DNA of 35,863 nucleotides, from the IMG/VR virus record IMGVR_UViG_3300025874_000001, positions 1 to 35,863 of that record. The stretch is one strand, 5' to 3'. Position 1 is the first letter of the stretch. Every line of letters starts with the position of its first letter. This stretch comes from a virus. Positions 23,708-33,590 of the stretch are shown in pieces. Made by a program: the position numbers and the translations under genes. The notes under the pieces were generated by a model that did not search any database, was not told the DNA's origin, and saw only the letters and a program-made list of their open reading frames with translations.

Positions 23708-24340
23708 ATGGCCATTATAAATAAAGGAACAGCTTTCTCCAACGGGGAACAACTATCAGCAAGCAAGCTTAATGATTTAGTAGACGGAGCTACCTTTGGT
23801 ACTGACTCCGTTGATAACGCTAGTACAATCGTAAACGCCAACGGAGCTATTACGGTTCGTGACAGCGGTGTTACCGCTGCTAAACTAGCTACGGGTTCTG
23901 TTACTACAAATAAGATCGTAGACGCTAATGTTACTTTTGCTAAGCTTACCGATGTCATTGACGATGACACAATGGATACAGCTACCAATACGACCTTGGC
24001 TACTTCGGAAAGCATTAAGGCTTATGTTAATGGAACATCGGATTTATCTACCAATGGTTATCAAATTTTTCCAAGTGGATTAATTATGCAGTGGGGAACA
24101 TATAATACTGCAGGAACTCCTGCTGGTAATGTGACTATTGATTTTCCAATTCATTTTACAACAGCTTGTTTAAATCTTTCCGCAACACTAAGACAACCAC
24201 TTGGGAGTGCTGATGGAGCAAACACTGTGTCCGCAGAATTGGACGACTCTTTGCCACTTGAAAAATTCACGCTTGGATTTGATGAACACGACGTTCCAGC
24301 AGGCGATAAATATGCGTGGTGGCAAGCAATCGGATACTAA
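23708..24340 (+). CDS. Tail fibre protein 2 (210 aa)
   Basis: A KAYVN collar motif is followed by FPSGLIMQWGT and a C-terminal AWWQAIGY. The N-terminus has repeated (D/T)xxV(T/D)xxK(L/I) segments typical of fibre shafts. Confidence 0.65.
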   Translation: MAIINKGTAFSNGEQLSASKLNDLVDGATFGTDSVDNASTIVNANGAITVRDSGVTAAKLATGSVTTNKIVDANVTFAKLTDVIDDDTMDTATNTTLATSESIKAYVNGTSDLSTNGYQIFPSGLIMQWGTYNTAGTPAGNVTIDFPIHFTTACLNLSATLRQPLGSADGANTVSAELDDSLPLEKFTLGFDEHDVPAGDKYAWWQAIGY

Positions 24341-24822
24341 TGAACCCTCTCCTTCAATCAGTACAACTAGCGTTGCAAAACGCTACGCAAAAGGAAGCCC
24401 TTGTCTACATCGACAAGGTAGTGGACTTCTGTATTGAAAAGGAGAACGGTAAGGTACTGGACGGATGGCCCCGTGACTTAATACAACTACTTGTATCCTA
24501 CCATATGGCTAAGGATACCTTTATTGCAGAGCAGGACGCAGAGGGTAATATCTTAGGGGTCTTTATGTGGTATAATTGCGACGAGGAAGACGACTGGTTC
24601 TTTGTTCAGAACTGGGAGTCGGACAAGGAAGACGGCAATGCAATCTTTATGGCCTTCCTATTTGCGGAGGATAATCAAACTTTTAAGAAACTTACACATA
24701 ACTTCATTACTCAATGCCCTGAGGTTATGCAGAAAAAACTACTAGGCATACGATACAGGCAAGGTGCTCCCACTAAAGTGGTATACAGCACTGCATTATT
24801 CAACAAAATCTTAGGAATATAA
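24340..24822 (+). CDS. Hypothetical protein (160 aa from ATG 24340)
   Basis: The track ORF begins at 24316 inside the fibre gene. ATG 24340 (MNPLLQSVQ...) overlaps the fibre stop as TAATG. It is also the start that is duplicated as a relic at 23670. Confidence 0.5.
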   Translation: MNPLLQSVQLALQNATQKEALVYIDKVVDFCIEKENGKVLDGWPRDLIQLLVSYHMAKDTFIAEQDAEGNILGVFMWYNCDEEDDWFFVQNWESDKEDGNAIFMAFLFAEDNQTFKKLTHNFITQCPEVMQKKLLGIRYRQGAPTKVVYSTALFNKILGI

Positions 24823-24826
24823 TATT

Positions 24827-26020
24827 ATGGGAGGCGGAAAAGGAGGATCATCAGCACCACCACCAATTGACCCTGGAAAGTCAATGGGTGAATACTTATT
24901 CGGTAAAGACTTTAGTGGTCAATACCAAGGCATCACGGACCCTCGATTGCAGGAGCGATTGATCGGTGCTGAACGGACGTACCGTCCGCAGTACACGGCC
25001 CTAGAGCTGGCTGACATCGGCGTAATGGCTCGTGGCATTGAGGCTGGTGCAGCTAACCCTGAGTACGCACGTTTAAACGCAGAGCTTGCTGGGTTAAAGG
25101 CTGGTGCAGAGATTGGAGGTTCACGTACACAAGAAGACATTAAAGCCGCTGCTGAAAAGCTTTATCCAACACCACAAAAAAGCAGAGGGCTGAGAGGTCG
25201 TAGAGGGACCTCAGGCTCTAAACGCAGGGAAGACCTAGCCGAACAACGTAAAGCCTTTATAAGTGCTGCTGGAGATCCAGGGCAGGATCGTGCAGCTAAA
25301 ATTGCACAGCTTGAGACACAACTTGAAGGTATGTCTCCGACCCTTGAGGGTACTCCTGGCTTGTTTGACCTCCTTGAGGAGCAGTCAACCCGTGCAGGTG
25401 CATTACAGCGTGAGCAACTAGGCTTACAGCGTGAATCAGATGTAGCTGCACTAGAGGAGTTCGCCCCTCAAGTAGTAGAAGCCTACCGTGCCGCTGACCC
25501 TTACAGCACAGGACTTGCTGAGTCTCAGACTGCTATGGCCCAGGACCTGTATCAGCGTTCACAGGGCTTAAACCCAGAGCAACAGCGTCTAGCAGATCAG
25601 CAGGCATTACAAATGTCCCAGCGTGTAGGTCGTGTAGGAGATGAAAGCTCGGTAGCTGGACAGATCCTTGGACGTGAGCAGTACTTGTCAGGGCTTCGTG
25701 GTCAGGCAGCAGGTATGGGGCAACAAGCTTTTGGGATGAACCGTCAGCTTGCGGGTGACGTAGGTATGACTATTCTTGGTCGTCCTTCTCAATCTATTGG
25801 TCTAGGTAGTCAAGTACTAGGACAGGCACAGCAGGGTGCAGCAGGGCCTATGGGGCCTCAGTTGTTCGACCCTAATGTAGGTATCAATATGGCATTGCAA
25901 CAGCGAGGACAGGACGTTACGTTCCAAGGAATGCAGGCTCAAGCTAAGGCAGCGGGGCAGGCTGGTACTATGGGTGCTATTGGTGCAATTGGTGGTGGCT
26001 TCTTGGGTGGCCTAGGTTAA
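24827..26020 (+). CDS. Internal virion / ejection protein (Gly/Gln/Ala-rich, 397 aa)
   Basis: Low-complexity G/Q/A-rich sequence with N-terminus MGGGKGGSSAPPP and a glycine-rich C-terminus. It sits where T7 gp13/14 would be, upstream of the giant core protein. Confidence 0.45.
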   Translation: MGGGKGGSSAPPPIDPGKSMGEYLFGKDFSGQYQGITDPRLQERLIGAERTYRPQYTALELADIGVMARGIEAGAANPEYARLNAELAGLKAGAEIGGSRTQEDIKAAAEKLYPTPQKSRGLRGRRGTSGSKRREDLAEQRKAFISAAGDPGQDRAAKIAQLETQLEGMSPTLEGTPGLFDLLEEQSTRAGALQREQLGLQRESDVAALEEFAPQVVEAYRAADPYSTGLAESQTAMAQDLYQRSQGLNPEQQRLADQQALQMSQRVGRVGDESSVAGQILGREQYLSGLRGQAAGMGQQAFGMNRQLAGDVGMTILGRPSQSIGLGSQVLGQAQQGAAGPMGPQLFDPNVGINMALQQRGQDVTFQGMQAQAKAAGQAGTMGAIGAIGGGFLGGLG

Positions 26021-26039
26021 AACTTAAAAATAATATATT

Positions 26040-26876
26040 ATGGCATTTCAAACAGGATCACAAATTCGCCCAGAGCTGGGCAACGCTGACTACAGCGGCT
26101 TTACAAACGCCGCTAATATACGAGCGAACGCACTAGCTAACCTTGGTGAGCAGATTGGTGGGGCTATTGAGTCCTACGGCATCAAGAAGGAAAAGAAAGC
26201 TAACCAGAAGCTTAGATACGAATCCATATTGCCGTATACAACTCAACAGTTCGGAGCTGAAGAAGGAGAAAAAATGGCACAGCAATTTGCACTTGATCCG
26301 GCATTGACATCCCAGGTAATGCAGTTTGCTACAATCCAAAAGGATCAAGAAGTTCTTGATAAAGCTCTTGCAGTAAGTACGAATACTGATGGCACGACTG
26401 ACTGGGGACAAACTGTTCAATCTTATATTGAATTAGGCGGAAGTGATCCACGTATGGTTGCCGGTCTAGCTTCGGAAGCACGTAAGTCCGATCCTAAGGA
26501 AGCATTTACTCCATCAGTAATGGAAGTAGATGGCGTAACATTCGCTATAACTAGCAAGGGAGGTGCTCAAGTTATTAGTACCCCTGACGGTGGTGAGATG
26601 AAATTACCAGCAGGTGCTCAAGTAAGCGAGTACAAGGTTAAGCAGCTTCAAAAAGCTAGAGAAGCTTTTTCATCGGGAAATGAAAATATGGCTCAGGACA
26701 TTATTACATCTTTAGATATGATAGACAAAATTACTGGATCCCCATTGACCCCAGAGGAAATTTTTGGAGTCTCTCCAGGTGTACCTGAAGTTGTTACCCC
26801 AGATGGTACTACAGTTGGTGATGAAGAAGAAAGCCTTCAAGATATTATTGCCAGAAATCTAACACCAAATCAATAA
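26040..26876 (+). CDS. Internal virion protein (278 aa)
   Basis: Assigned from its position between the two other core-protein candidates. Confidence 0.4.
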   Translation: MAFQTGSQIRPELGNADYSGFTNAANIRANALANLGEQIGGAIESYGIKKEKKANQKLRYESILPYTTQQFGAEEGEKMAQQFALDPALTSQVMQFATIQKDQEVLDKALAVSTNTDGTTDWGQTVQSYIELGGSDPRMVAGLASEARKSDPKEAFTPSVMEVDGVTFAITSKGGAQVISTPDGGEMKLPAGAQVSEYKVKQLQKAREAFSSGNENMAQDIITSLDMIDKITGSPLTPEEIFGVSPGVPEVVTPDGTTVGDEEESLQDIIARNLTPNQ

Positions 26877-29800
26877 TGGAGTTTACCGATGAACAGCTCG
26901 AAACCGCTATTCGTAATGCTGATTCTGCTGGTAACGTACAGGACGTACAGGCATTAGCAGTTGAATACAATCGCCGCAAGGAGGCATCTCAACAGGATCA
27001 AGGTCTAGTTGAGGAAGCAGCTTATCTTGCGGATGACTTTGCGAATCAGTTCAACCTATCAATAGCTAATATAGCTGGTGCTCCAGTTGATCTTATTAGC
27101 TTCGGATTGAACAAGATATCCAATGCTATCATTGACGAGGATATAGTGTCCCCGGATGCCTTTGGTAGTTCATCGAGTATCAAGAGTGCTATGGAGTACA
27201 TAGGGACTCGTGACGAGGCTCCTAGGACTAAAGCTGGTTATGTGGGTCAAGTGGGAGGTGAAGCTGTTACTGCTACTATGCCTCTGCTCAAGCTGGCTCA
27301 GGTAACAAGTAAGACAAAGGCAGTCACGGGAGCTGGTAAGGTTGCTCAAGCTATTGCAAAGGACTTCACAGATGAAGCGGTTAATAAAACTGGGAGGCTC
27401 CTTGCCATTGAGTCCGGGGCAGCCACTACTGCTGGAGTTGCTAGGGAATACGCTGAGAATGAAGATCTAAGCCCAGGTGCTGCATTGGCCGTAGAGGTCC
27501 TTGCTGGCGTAGCTGGTGGCTTTGCTGGTGCTGGTGCGTATAAGATTCCAAAGTCCCTCCTCAAGAAGGTACAGGGCAAGAATGCTACAGAGATAATGGA
27601 AATGGTATCCAACGGTTCCATTGAGTACAAGGATCTGGACTGGGCGTTGGAAAGTAAGCCGTTGTTTAAGGACGATGGAGCATTCAATATGGATGCCCCA
27701 GTGACACCCAAGGACAAGACGCAACCACTAGAGGTTCTTGTGGATGGTAAAAAGATTCCCCAGACACCAAAGCCAACAATGCCGGGTGTTGTCCGTGAAT
27801 CATTTGAGTTCCAAGCTGCACGTCAAGAGATAGCCAATAACGTTTCCAACAAACAAAAGGTTGAGGCTGCTGTTGCATTGAACAACTTGAACAACTACGG
27901 ACCCGAAGCTCCATTCAATCCAAAGAGGATGATTAACAAGATCCTTTCGGTATTTGCTCCGTCAAAGGTTCTTGGTAACGATATTGTAAATGAAATTGAA
28001 ATGGCCAAGGGTACTATTAACCGAGCACAGGAGTTAGGTGCTAGAGTTAAACGTGTAGTAGGTCGTCTGGAAAAGAAGGACCCAACCGTACGAGAAAGTG
28101 TTGACGTTTTCCTAAAGGGCGGAGAGATGGCCCCATCACTTGACCCAGTAAAGGTTGAGTTAATTAAGTGGAGAGAAACAATTCGGGAGTTACAGGGTAC
28201 ATTACTTCAAGGTATGGATGATGAAGTCTTTGAGGCACTATCGAAGGCAGGCCAGAAGGAAGTACGTGAAACTATCGAGGCTTCTATCGAGCAGGGTTAC
28301 TTGACTCAGACATATAAGATTTTCCAGGACCCTGACTATCGACCCACCAAGGCTCAAGAAGATGCTGCACTCAAGGAGATACAGCTAAAGATTATGATGT
28401 CCTCGGATGCTGGGACGATGACAATGCCCCAAGCTGAGGACTTAGCCCGTAAGCAAATGGACCACCTGAGGAAAAGTTCAGCGCGGCAGAGAAAGGCAGA
28501 GGGAAGGCAACAGGGAGCCGTGAAGGAATCCAAGGGTATACTACGTGAGCGCAGTAATCCTGGACCAGCGGAACGCGCTTGGCTTGGTGAGGTCAAGGAT
28601 CCCAAGGAGCGAGCATTTAGTACAGCTAATAGATTAGCTAGACTAGCATCATCAAAAGCTGAGGATGTTGCGATAGCTAAATTCCTTTTGGATTCTGGAG
28701 TTGCTACACGCAGGCCAGCCAACCCCGATCAAGTTCAGATGAAGTTCCGCACCATTGAGGGGGACTCATCAGTGTTCATTGACCCAGAGGTAGCGCACTC
28801 ATTAGATATGATGCGCTTTGGAGAAGCCAATACTGTTAAGTCCGGGATAGCTGGGTATCTAGATAGAATCTGGAATACTTGGGTTGGTACTTCAAAGTCA
28901 ACCAAGGTTCTACAGAATCCTGAGTCCTATATGGTCAATTTATTTGGAGCTGTGGCTAGTACTATTTCCTCTGGAATTATACCAACCCCAAAGGGGTTCC
29001 GTGCTGCTCTGTCTGACTTCGGATCACTAGATGATTTACTTTCCGGCAAGAACACTGTAGGCCGACGCGCACTGCTGGATGACATCGATAAGATGAACCA
29101 GTACGGATTGAAGCCCAAGAGCGTTAATGCTGCTGACATTGAGCAAAACGTTATTAGGGGACTGGAGGGATTAAATAAATCCTTGAAGGGCGGCATAAAG
29201 GCAACAATGGATTGGTTCGGCAAGGCTTACTCCGTTGGTGATACATCAATGCGATATGTAGTATGGAAAGGTAACCAGAGGCAATTAAAGAAAATGTTCC
29301 CGGACTACAGCGTTGCTGAAATCGAAGCGGCTGCTGCTCGACTTACAAATAATACATTCCAGAATTATGACAAGCTGAGTAATGTAATTCGCCAAGTATC
29401 AAGGGCTGGGTTGGCTGACCAGTTCGTGCCATTCACGGCTGAACTTACTCGCAATATGTACAACCAGGGTAAGTACGTTGCTCAGATGACTGCTGGTACG
29501 TTCGGCAAGGACATCGGCCTTGACCCAACTAGGGCAAATAAAACTCAAATGCGCTTACAAGGCGTAAAGCGTGGGGCAGCATTAGCTGCGGTAACAGCCG
29601 GAACGGATGCCGCCATCACACAGTATAACGAATTAAAGGGAGTAACGGAGAAGGACGAGGAACAGTTCGGGTTTTCAATTGCCCCAGAATGGGACAGCAG
29701 TAAGAGGTTAATCATCATCCCGGATGAAACTGGAAGGAAGGGTCGATACGTCAACCCAAGCTATTTGGTCCCGCAGGGTATGGCCGCACAAGCGTTTGAG

Positions 29801-30736
29801 GCTGGGTTTAGTGGATCTCCAGTATCTCAGCTCGCAGAATTTGTTAAGGATCAGTATCTCGGAGCACCTGGTACATTCCCTGTACGAGCAATAGGCCAGA
29901 TAATATCTGGACGTGACCTAAATGGAAAGCTGATTAGTGTAGATCCCCGCACACAAGAGGTAGCTAAGGATGTTATGGGTGTCATCTACGATGAAACATT
30001 AAAGCCAGGTGCTCAAAACACTATAGAAAGATGGAGTGATTCACTCTCCGGTATAGGTGATCGTACTATAAAAGATAACGCACTACGTATGCTGGGTATC
30101 CGTGACTACCAGTGGGATGCCGAGAAGTCATTCACCAATAAACTCCGTGAAATATCTGAACCAATGCGCCAAGCAAAGGGTACTTACTCGTCGGCACTTC
30201 GTAAGTTCACGGATAATAACATACCAAGAGAAGAACTGGATGCTACCTATGAGGAGATGAATACTGCTCGACGCTTGAATATGGATATTATGCGCCAGCA
30301 CTACCTGAACCTAGGTGGTGGAACGTGGAAGTACTCACAGGATGAACGCATTGTTATGATGAAGGAAGCTGGGGTATCATCCGCAGATATCCTGGACGTA
30401 ATAGAAGGAACTTATACCGATATGCCACTGGTAAAAGAGGAATCAACATCTCAAATATACGATGACATTCCTGGTGGCACTAAGGAGAAGACGGCCTACT
30501 TGAGAAAATTAGCAAAGACTGATCCATCCTTGGCTAGAAAACTAATAGCTATTCATACGAAGTCCGACAACCTTACTGAAAAGGAACACCTAATACGTAC
30601 ACTAAGCCCACAGCGTAGAGCTGATCGTCTCATTGAAATGGGTGCTCACAAGAATCGAGCACTTATGAGGGAGATGATGTTAAAGAATATCGCAAACCCA
30701 GAGGTTAGGCGCATCATAAAACTACGTACTCAGTAA
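26876..30736 (+). CDS. Large internal core / DNA-ejection protein (1286 aa, T7 gp16 analogue)
   Basis: It is the largest ORF, the last gene of the late block, and mostly helical by composition. No lytic transglycosylase motif was recognised. Confidence 0.5.
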   Translation: MEFTDEQLETAIRNADSAGNVQDVQALAVEYNRRKEASQQDQGLVEEAAYLADDFANQFNLSIANIAGAPVDLISFGLNKISNAIIDEDIVSPDAFGSSSSIKSAMEYIGTRDEAPRTKAGYVGQVGGEAVTATMPLLKLAQVTSKTKAVTGAGKVAQAIAKDFTDEAVNKTGRLLAIESGAATTAGVAREYAENEDLSPGAALAVEVLAGVAGGFAGAGAYKIPKSLLKKVQGKNATEIMEMVSNGSIEYKDLDWALESKPLFKDDGAFNMDAPVTPKDKTQPLEVLVDGKKIPQTPKPTMPGVVRESFEFQAARQEIANNVSNKQKVEAAVALNNLNNYGPEAPFNPKRMINKILSVFAPSKVLGNDIVNEIEMAKGTINRAQELGARVKRVVGRLEKKDPTVRESVDVFLKGGEMAPSLDPVKVELIKWRETIRELQGTLLQGMDDEVFEALSKAGQKEVRETIEASIEQGYLTQTYKIFQDPDYRPTKAQEDAALKEIQLKIMMSSDAGTMTMPQAEDLARKQMDHLRKSSARQRKAEGRQQGAVKESKGILRERSNPGPAERAWLGEVKDPKERAFSTANRLARLASSKAEDVAIAKFLLDSGVATRRPANPDQVQMKFRTIEGDSSVFIDPEVAHSLDMMRFGEANTVKSGIAGYLDRIWNTWVGTSKSTKVLQNPESYMVNLFGAVASTISSGIIPTPKGFRAALSDFGSLDDLLSGKNTVGRRALLDDIDKMNQYGLKPKSVNAADIEQNVIRGLEGLNKSLKGGIKATMDWFGKAYSVGDTSMRYVVWKGNQRQLKKMFPDYSVAEIEAAAARLTNNTFQNYDKLSNVIRQVSRAGLADQFVPFTAELTRNMYNQGKYVAQMTAGTFGKDIGLDPTRANKTQMRLQGVKRGAALAAVTAGTDAAITQYNELKGVTEKDEEQFGFSIAPEWDSSKRLIIIPDETGRKGRYVNPSYLVPQGMAAQAFEAGFSGSPVSQLAEFVKDQYLGAPGTFPVRAIGQIISGRDLNGKLISVDPRTQEVAKDVMGVIYDETLKPGAQNTIERWSDSLSGIGDRTIKDNALRMLGIRDYQWDAEKSFTNKLREISEPMRQAKGTYSSALRKFTDNNIPREELDATYEEMNTARRLNMDIMRQHYLNLGGGTWKYSQDERIVMMKEAGVSSADILDVIEGTYTDMPLVKEESTSQIYDDIPGGTKEKTAYLRKLAKTDPSLARKLIAIHTKSDNLTEKEHLIRTLSPQRRADRLIEMGAHKNRALMREMMLKNIANPEVRRIIKLRTQ

Positions 30737-30741
30737 CGAAA

Positions 30742-30773
30742 AGCCCCGTCCTCCACATAAAAAGGACGGGGCT
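30742..30773. terminator. GC-rich hairpin between the convergent late and early blocks
   Basis: AGCCCCGTCCT (30742-30752) pairs with AGGACGGGGCT (30763-30773): an 11-bp stem with a 10-nt loop. A run of As precedes it on the + strand, which gives a U-run on the - strand. Confidence 0.65.
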
Positions 30774-30893
30774 ACCGTAACGAAACAAGGAATCAAATAG
30801 GACATAAACCGATCCCGCTGCGGATTACTCCAACAGCTTACCTTGTTATTTCAGTGAGAACAAGGAAGCAAACTCACTGATAAGTATTATACA

Positions 30894-31622
30894 CTATGGG
30901 TTCTTATAATTGATAAGTAAATCTTTTAGGTTACGCTTCTCATCCTGTAGTTCCTTACGCTGCTCAATCATACGATCAATGCGGTAGGATAGAAGCCGGG
31001 ATTCCTGCCGAATCATATCGATCTGAGTCTGGATTCTTTCGATGTTTTCTTCGGTGTCTTGCATACTCTGAACTTGTGCGGAAGCCTCCTCCTTGTCAAC
31101 AAATAACTCGGGAAAATTTAACCCTTCTAATGGATAATTTAACGCCTCGTAGCAGAAGGTATCACGGGCGATAGCGGCCTCCTTCTCGTCATCAAAGTAG
31201 CCCAGTTCGTACCGCCTCCTGCTCTTGCCTTTACCTACATCAATTGTAACGCGGCATTTTTTCTTGCCAGCTGGCCAGCGCACCCCCCGATACTTAGAAT
31301 TACCTGTTATCTTTCGTGATCCCCTAAGATTCTGAGAGTGTGTGACATACCGCAAGTTGGATGGTGCATTATTTGAACTATCTCCATTGATATGATCAAT
31401 GTCGTAGTTGTCCGGTCTAGGTCCAAGGAAGGCTCTTGCGATTAATCCGTGAACGCTAAGGACTTTCAATCCTACGCCCAAGCTCCGATACCCCTTTCCA
31501 TCATCATAGCCGAATGATCTTCCTCGACTGGAACGTCCGTGCCTCTCTACACTTCCGTCCGAGTAACAGGTTACTCTTATTCCGTTTACGCTTATATCCT
31601 TTGATGTTTCTGTAGCTATCAT
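30894..31622 (-). CDS. HNH homing endonuclease with an AP2 DNA-binding domain
   Basis: DHINGDSSNNAPSNLRYVTHSQN is an HNH motif. YRGVRW ... CRVTIDV ... YELGYFDDEKEAAIARD is AP2-like. The C-terminal tail is coiled-coil. Confidence 0.8.
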   Translation of the reverse strand: MIATETSKDISVNGIRVTCYSDGSVERHGRSSRGRSFGYDDGKGYRSLGVGLKVLSVHGLIARAFLGPRPDNYDIDHINGDSSNNAPSNLRYVTHSQNLRGSRKITGNSKYRGVRWPAGKKKCRVTIDVGKGKSRRRYELGYFDDEKEAAIARDTFCYEALNYPLEGLNFPELFVDKEEASAQVQSMQDTEENIERIQTQIDMIRQESRLLSYRIDRMIEQRKELQDEKRNLKDLLINYKNP

Positions 31623-32029
31623 AGTTCTTGTGTATTGATGGTGTGTGCGCTGCGATTGTATAGGTAACCGGTACGCTTGGTTATTATTTGTACTGCTTCA
31701 AAGTCCGTAGTCCAAGGCATCTCACGATCCTCGAACCCGAAGTCGTAGTCATCCCGAATTAGCTTAGAGATATTCCAGACATACAGAAGATGTTGGTATC
31801 CATTAACATAGATGAAATCCTTCTTTACTGATTCAGCGATACCGATATTGGTATCAAGCTTTAGCTGCTCAATAATCCAGGGATCATATGCCTTTCGGCG
31901 TACCTTGATTTCCACTAAGTAGTCAATGCTCTCGTAATCAAAAGGACTGAACTGGTCCTCGGCCTTTATCAGCTTATTCATCTTAGGAAAAGCCAACATT
32001 ATATTTTGTGCTACTTGTTCTTCTGTCAT
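31619..32029 (-). CDS. PD-(D/E)XK-like nuclease-fold protein (136 aa)
   Basis: SPFDYESIDYLVEIKVRRK gives D-x9-E-x-K. It overlaps both neighbours by 1-4 nt. Confidence 0.3.
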   Translation of the reverse strand: MTEEQVAQNIMLAFPKMNKLIKAEDQFSPFDYESIDYLVEIKVRRKAYDPWIIEQLKLDTNIGIAESVKKDFIYVNGYQHLLYVWNISKLIRDDYDFGFEDREMPWTTDFEAVQIITKRTGYLYNRSAHTINTQEL

Positions 32030-33363
32030 TATCCGAACCTCCCTGTGCAGTGATAGAATTTAAACGTACCTCCGATGTCGCGCTCACCTTCACGGTTCTT
32101 AGCTATCTCGTAGGTTAGACTGGTATAACCCCCACGGGCATCTTGACTCTTTGACGAATCAACATCTCCGTTTGATGGGTACATAAGCAGAACAACGTCG
32201 GCATCATTCTCGATGTCCCCGGAATCCTTTAGGTCATACAGTTTGAGTCGGCCATTCTTGGCTCCCTCTCGGTTGACCTGTGCTAGTAGGATAATGGCGA
32301 TATTGAGATCAATAGCCATCTGCTTAATTTTGTGAGAGATACTGGCGATGCCCTCGGCCTTACCCATCTTGGAAGAAAAAGGTATAAGCTGTAAGTAATC
32401 AATGACCAGTAGCTTTACTCCGTGCTTGTTGACGAACTGTCGTGTCTGGCTGTATAGATCATCGGCACTCTTGACTGAGTGCGAGGTGTACACAGGCATT
32501 GTCTTGAGATTAGAGATAGTCTCGTGAACTCGCTTGACCTGTTCCGGCTGGGCTACGTTGTCCTCCACGCTGCGTAGGTTAACGCCGGAGATAACTTGCG
32601 TCAGTCGCTTAGTAAGCTGCTTCTGTGGCATCTCCAAGGAGAAGACTCCACAAGCGTGACCATCCTTTGCTACAGCCTGGGATACAATATACAGGGCCAG
32701 TGCTGACTTACCACAGGAGGTAGGTGCAGCTACAGTCATTACTTCACCAGCGGCTATGCCCCGATTGCCAAGCTCACTATCCAAGTTATTGGTATGCGTC
32801 TTAACAACGTCAGGTACGTAGTCCCCTGCCTGCATCCTAGCGATGTCCTCCAGTAGCTCGTCAGCGGACGAACCGATCCCGGTTTTATCTTGGCTGAATA
32901 AAGGACGTGCAGTAATCTCGGACTCAAGGGTGCTACGAATCTCGTCATAGCTAAGAGCCTCGGACTCGACATTCTCGACAGCAATCCGGCAGGACCGCAT
33001 AATCTCACGGAGCCTAGCCTTCTCTGCTACGATGTTAGCATAGAACTTAGCCGTAAGCTCGCTGTAAACGCCGTCAGCTACCGATAGGATACCTGCTATG
33101 CCACCGACATCGTCAAGCCCTCTAAGGGACTTCAGATGCTCTGCAATGGACACCTCGTCAATAGGCTTACTCAGTTGAGCAAGGTCACCTATAGCTTGGA
33201 ACAGTAATCTAAATCGTAGTACGTAAAAATCCTCGGCCTCCAGTAAAGGACGCACCATATCATATACGGATGCGTCACCTGGGAATAGGCAGGATGCTAT
33301 TAATTTTCTTTCAGCCTCGGCACTATGTGGCTGGTTCGTCGTCAGTAGGTTTATTTCGTTCAT
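32029..33363 (-). CDS. dnaB: DnaB-type replicative DNA helicase
   Basis: N-terminal AEAERKLIASCLF, Walker A APTSCGKSALALYI, Walker B LLVIDYLQL, and an arginine-finger region AQVNREG. The track start at 33369 is TTG; the first ATG is 33363. Confidence 0.9.
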   Translation of the reverse strand: MNEINLLTTNQPHSAEAERKLIASCLFPGDASVYDMVRPLLEAEDFYVLRFRLLFQAIGDLAQLSKPIDEVSIAEHLKSLRGLDDVGGIAGILSVADGVYSELTAKFYANIVAEKARLREIMRSCRIAVENVESEALSYDEIRSTLESEITARPLFSQDKTGIGSSADELLEDIARMQAGDYVPDVVKTHTNNLDSELGNRGIAAGEVMTVAAPTSCGKSALALYIVSQAVAKDGHACGVFSLEMPQKQLTKRLTQVISGVNLRSVEDNVAQPEQVKRVHETISNLKTMPVYTSHSVKSADDLYSQTRQFVNKHGVKLLVIDYLQLIPFSSKMGKAEGIASISHKIKQMAIDLNIAIILLAQVNREGAKNGRLKLYDLKDSGDIENDADVVLLMYPSNGDVDSSKSQDARGGYTSLTYEIAKNREGERDIGGTFKFYHCTGRFG

Positions 33364-33535
33364 TATCAAGTAATTCTACCAGAGAACGAAGGACTTGTCC
33401 AAGGGACTTATGGGCTACACGATTTAACTCTGGCATATGATAACAATCAATTGTGTTATAGATGGAGAGTGATACTTCGGCGGCTTCTTTTATTTTAGTC
33501 ATTTCGTTGCGGTCTATTTTATTATGTTGGGTCAT
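33323..33535 (-). CDS. Hypothetical protein (70 aa)
   Basis: ATG at 33533-33535. It overlaps the dnaB start. Confidence 0.45.
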   Translation of the reverse strand: MTQHNKIDRNEMTKIKEAAEVSLSIYNTIDCYHMPELNRVAHKSLGQVLRSLVELLDNERNKPTDDEPAT

Positions 33536-33590
33536 AAGAATTACTTGCCCCCTACCGAATTGTAAGGGGCAAGCATCTTAGCACAGGGAC

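Noticed and set aside
27346-29754. Minus-strand ORFs inside the 1286-aa gene (27346-27717, 27467-27724, 27684-27914, 28354-28722, 28927-29223, 29545-29754)
   Set aside because: They are shadows of a long, uninterrupted plus-strand CDS and have no independent support.
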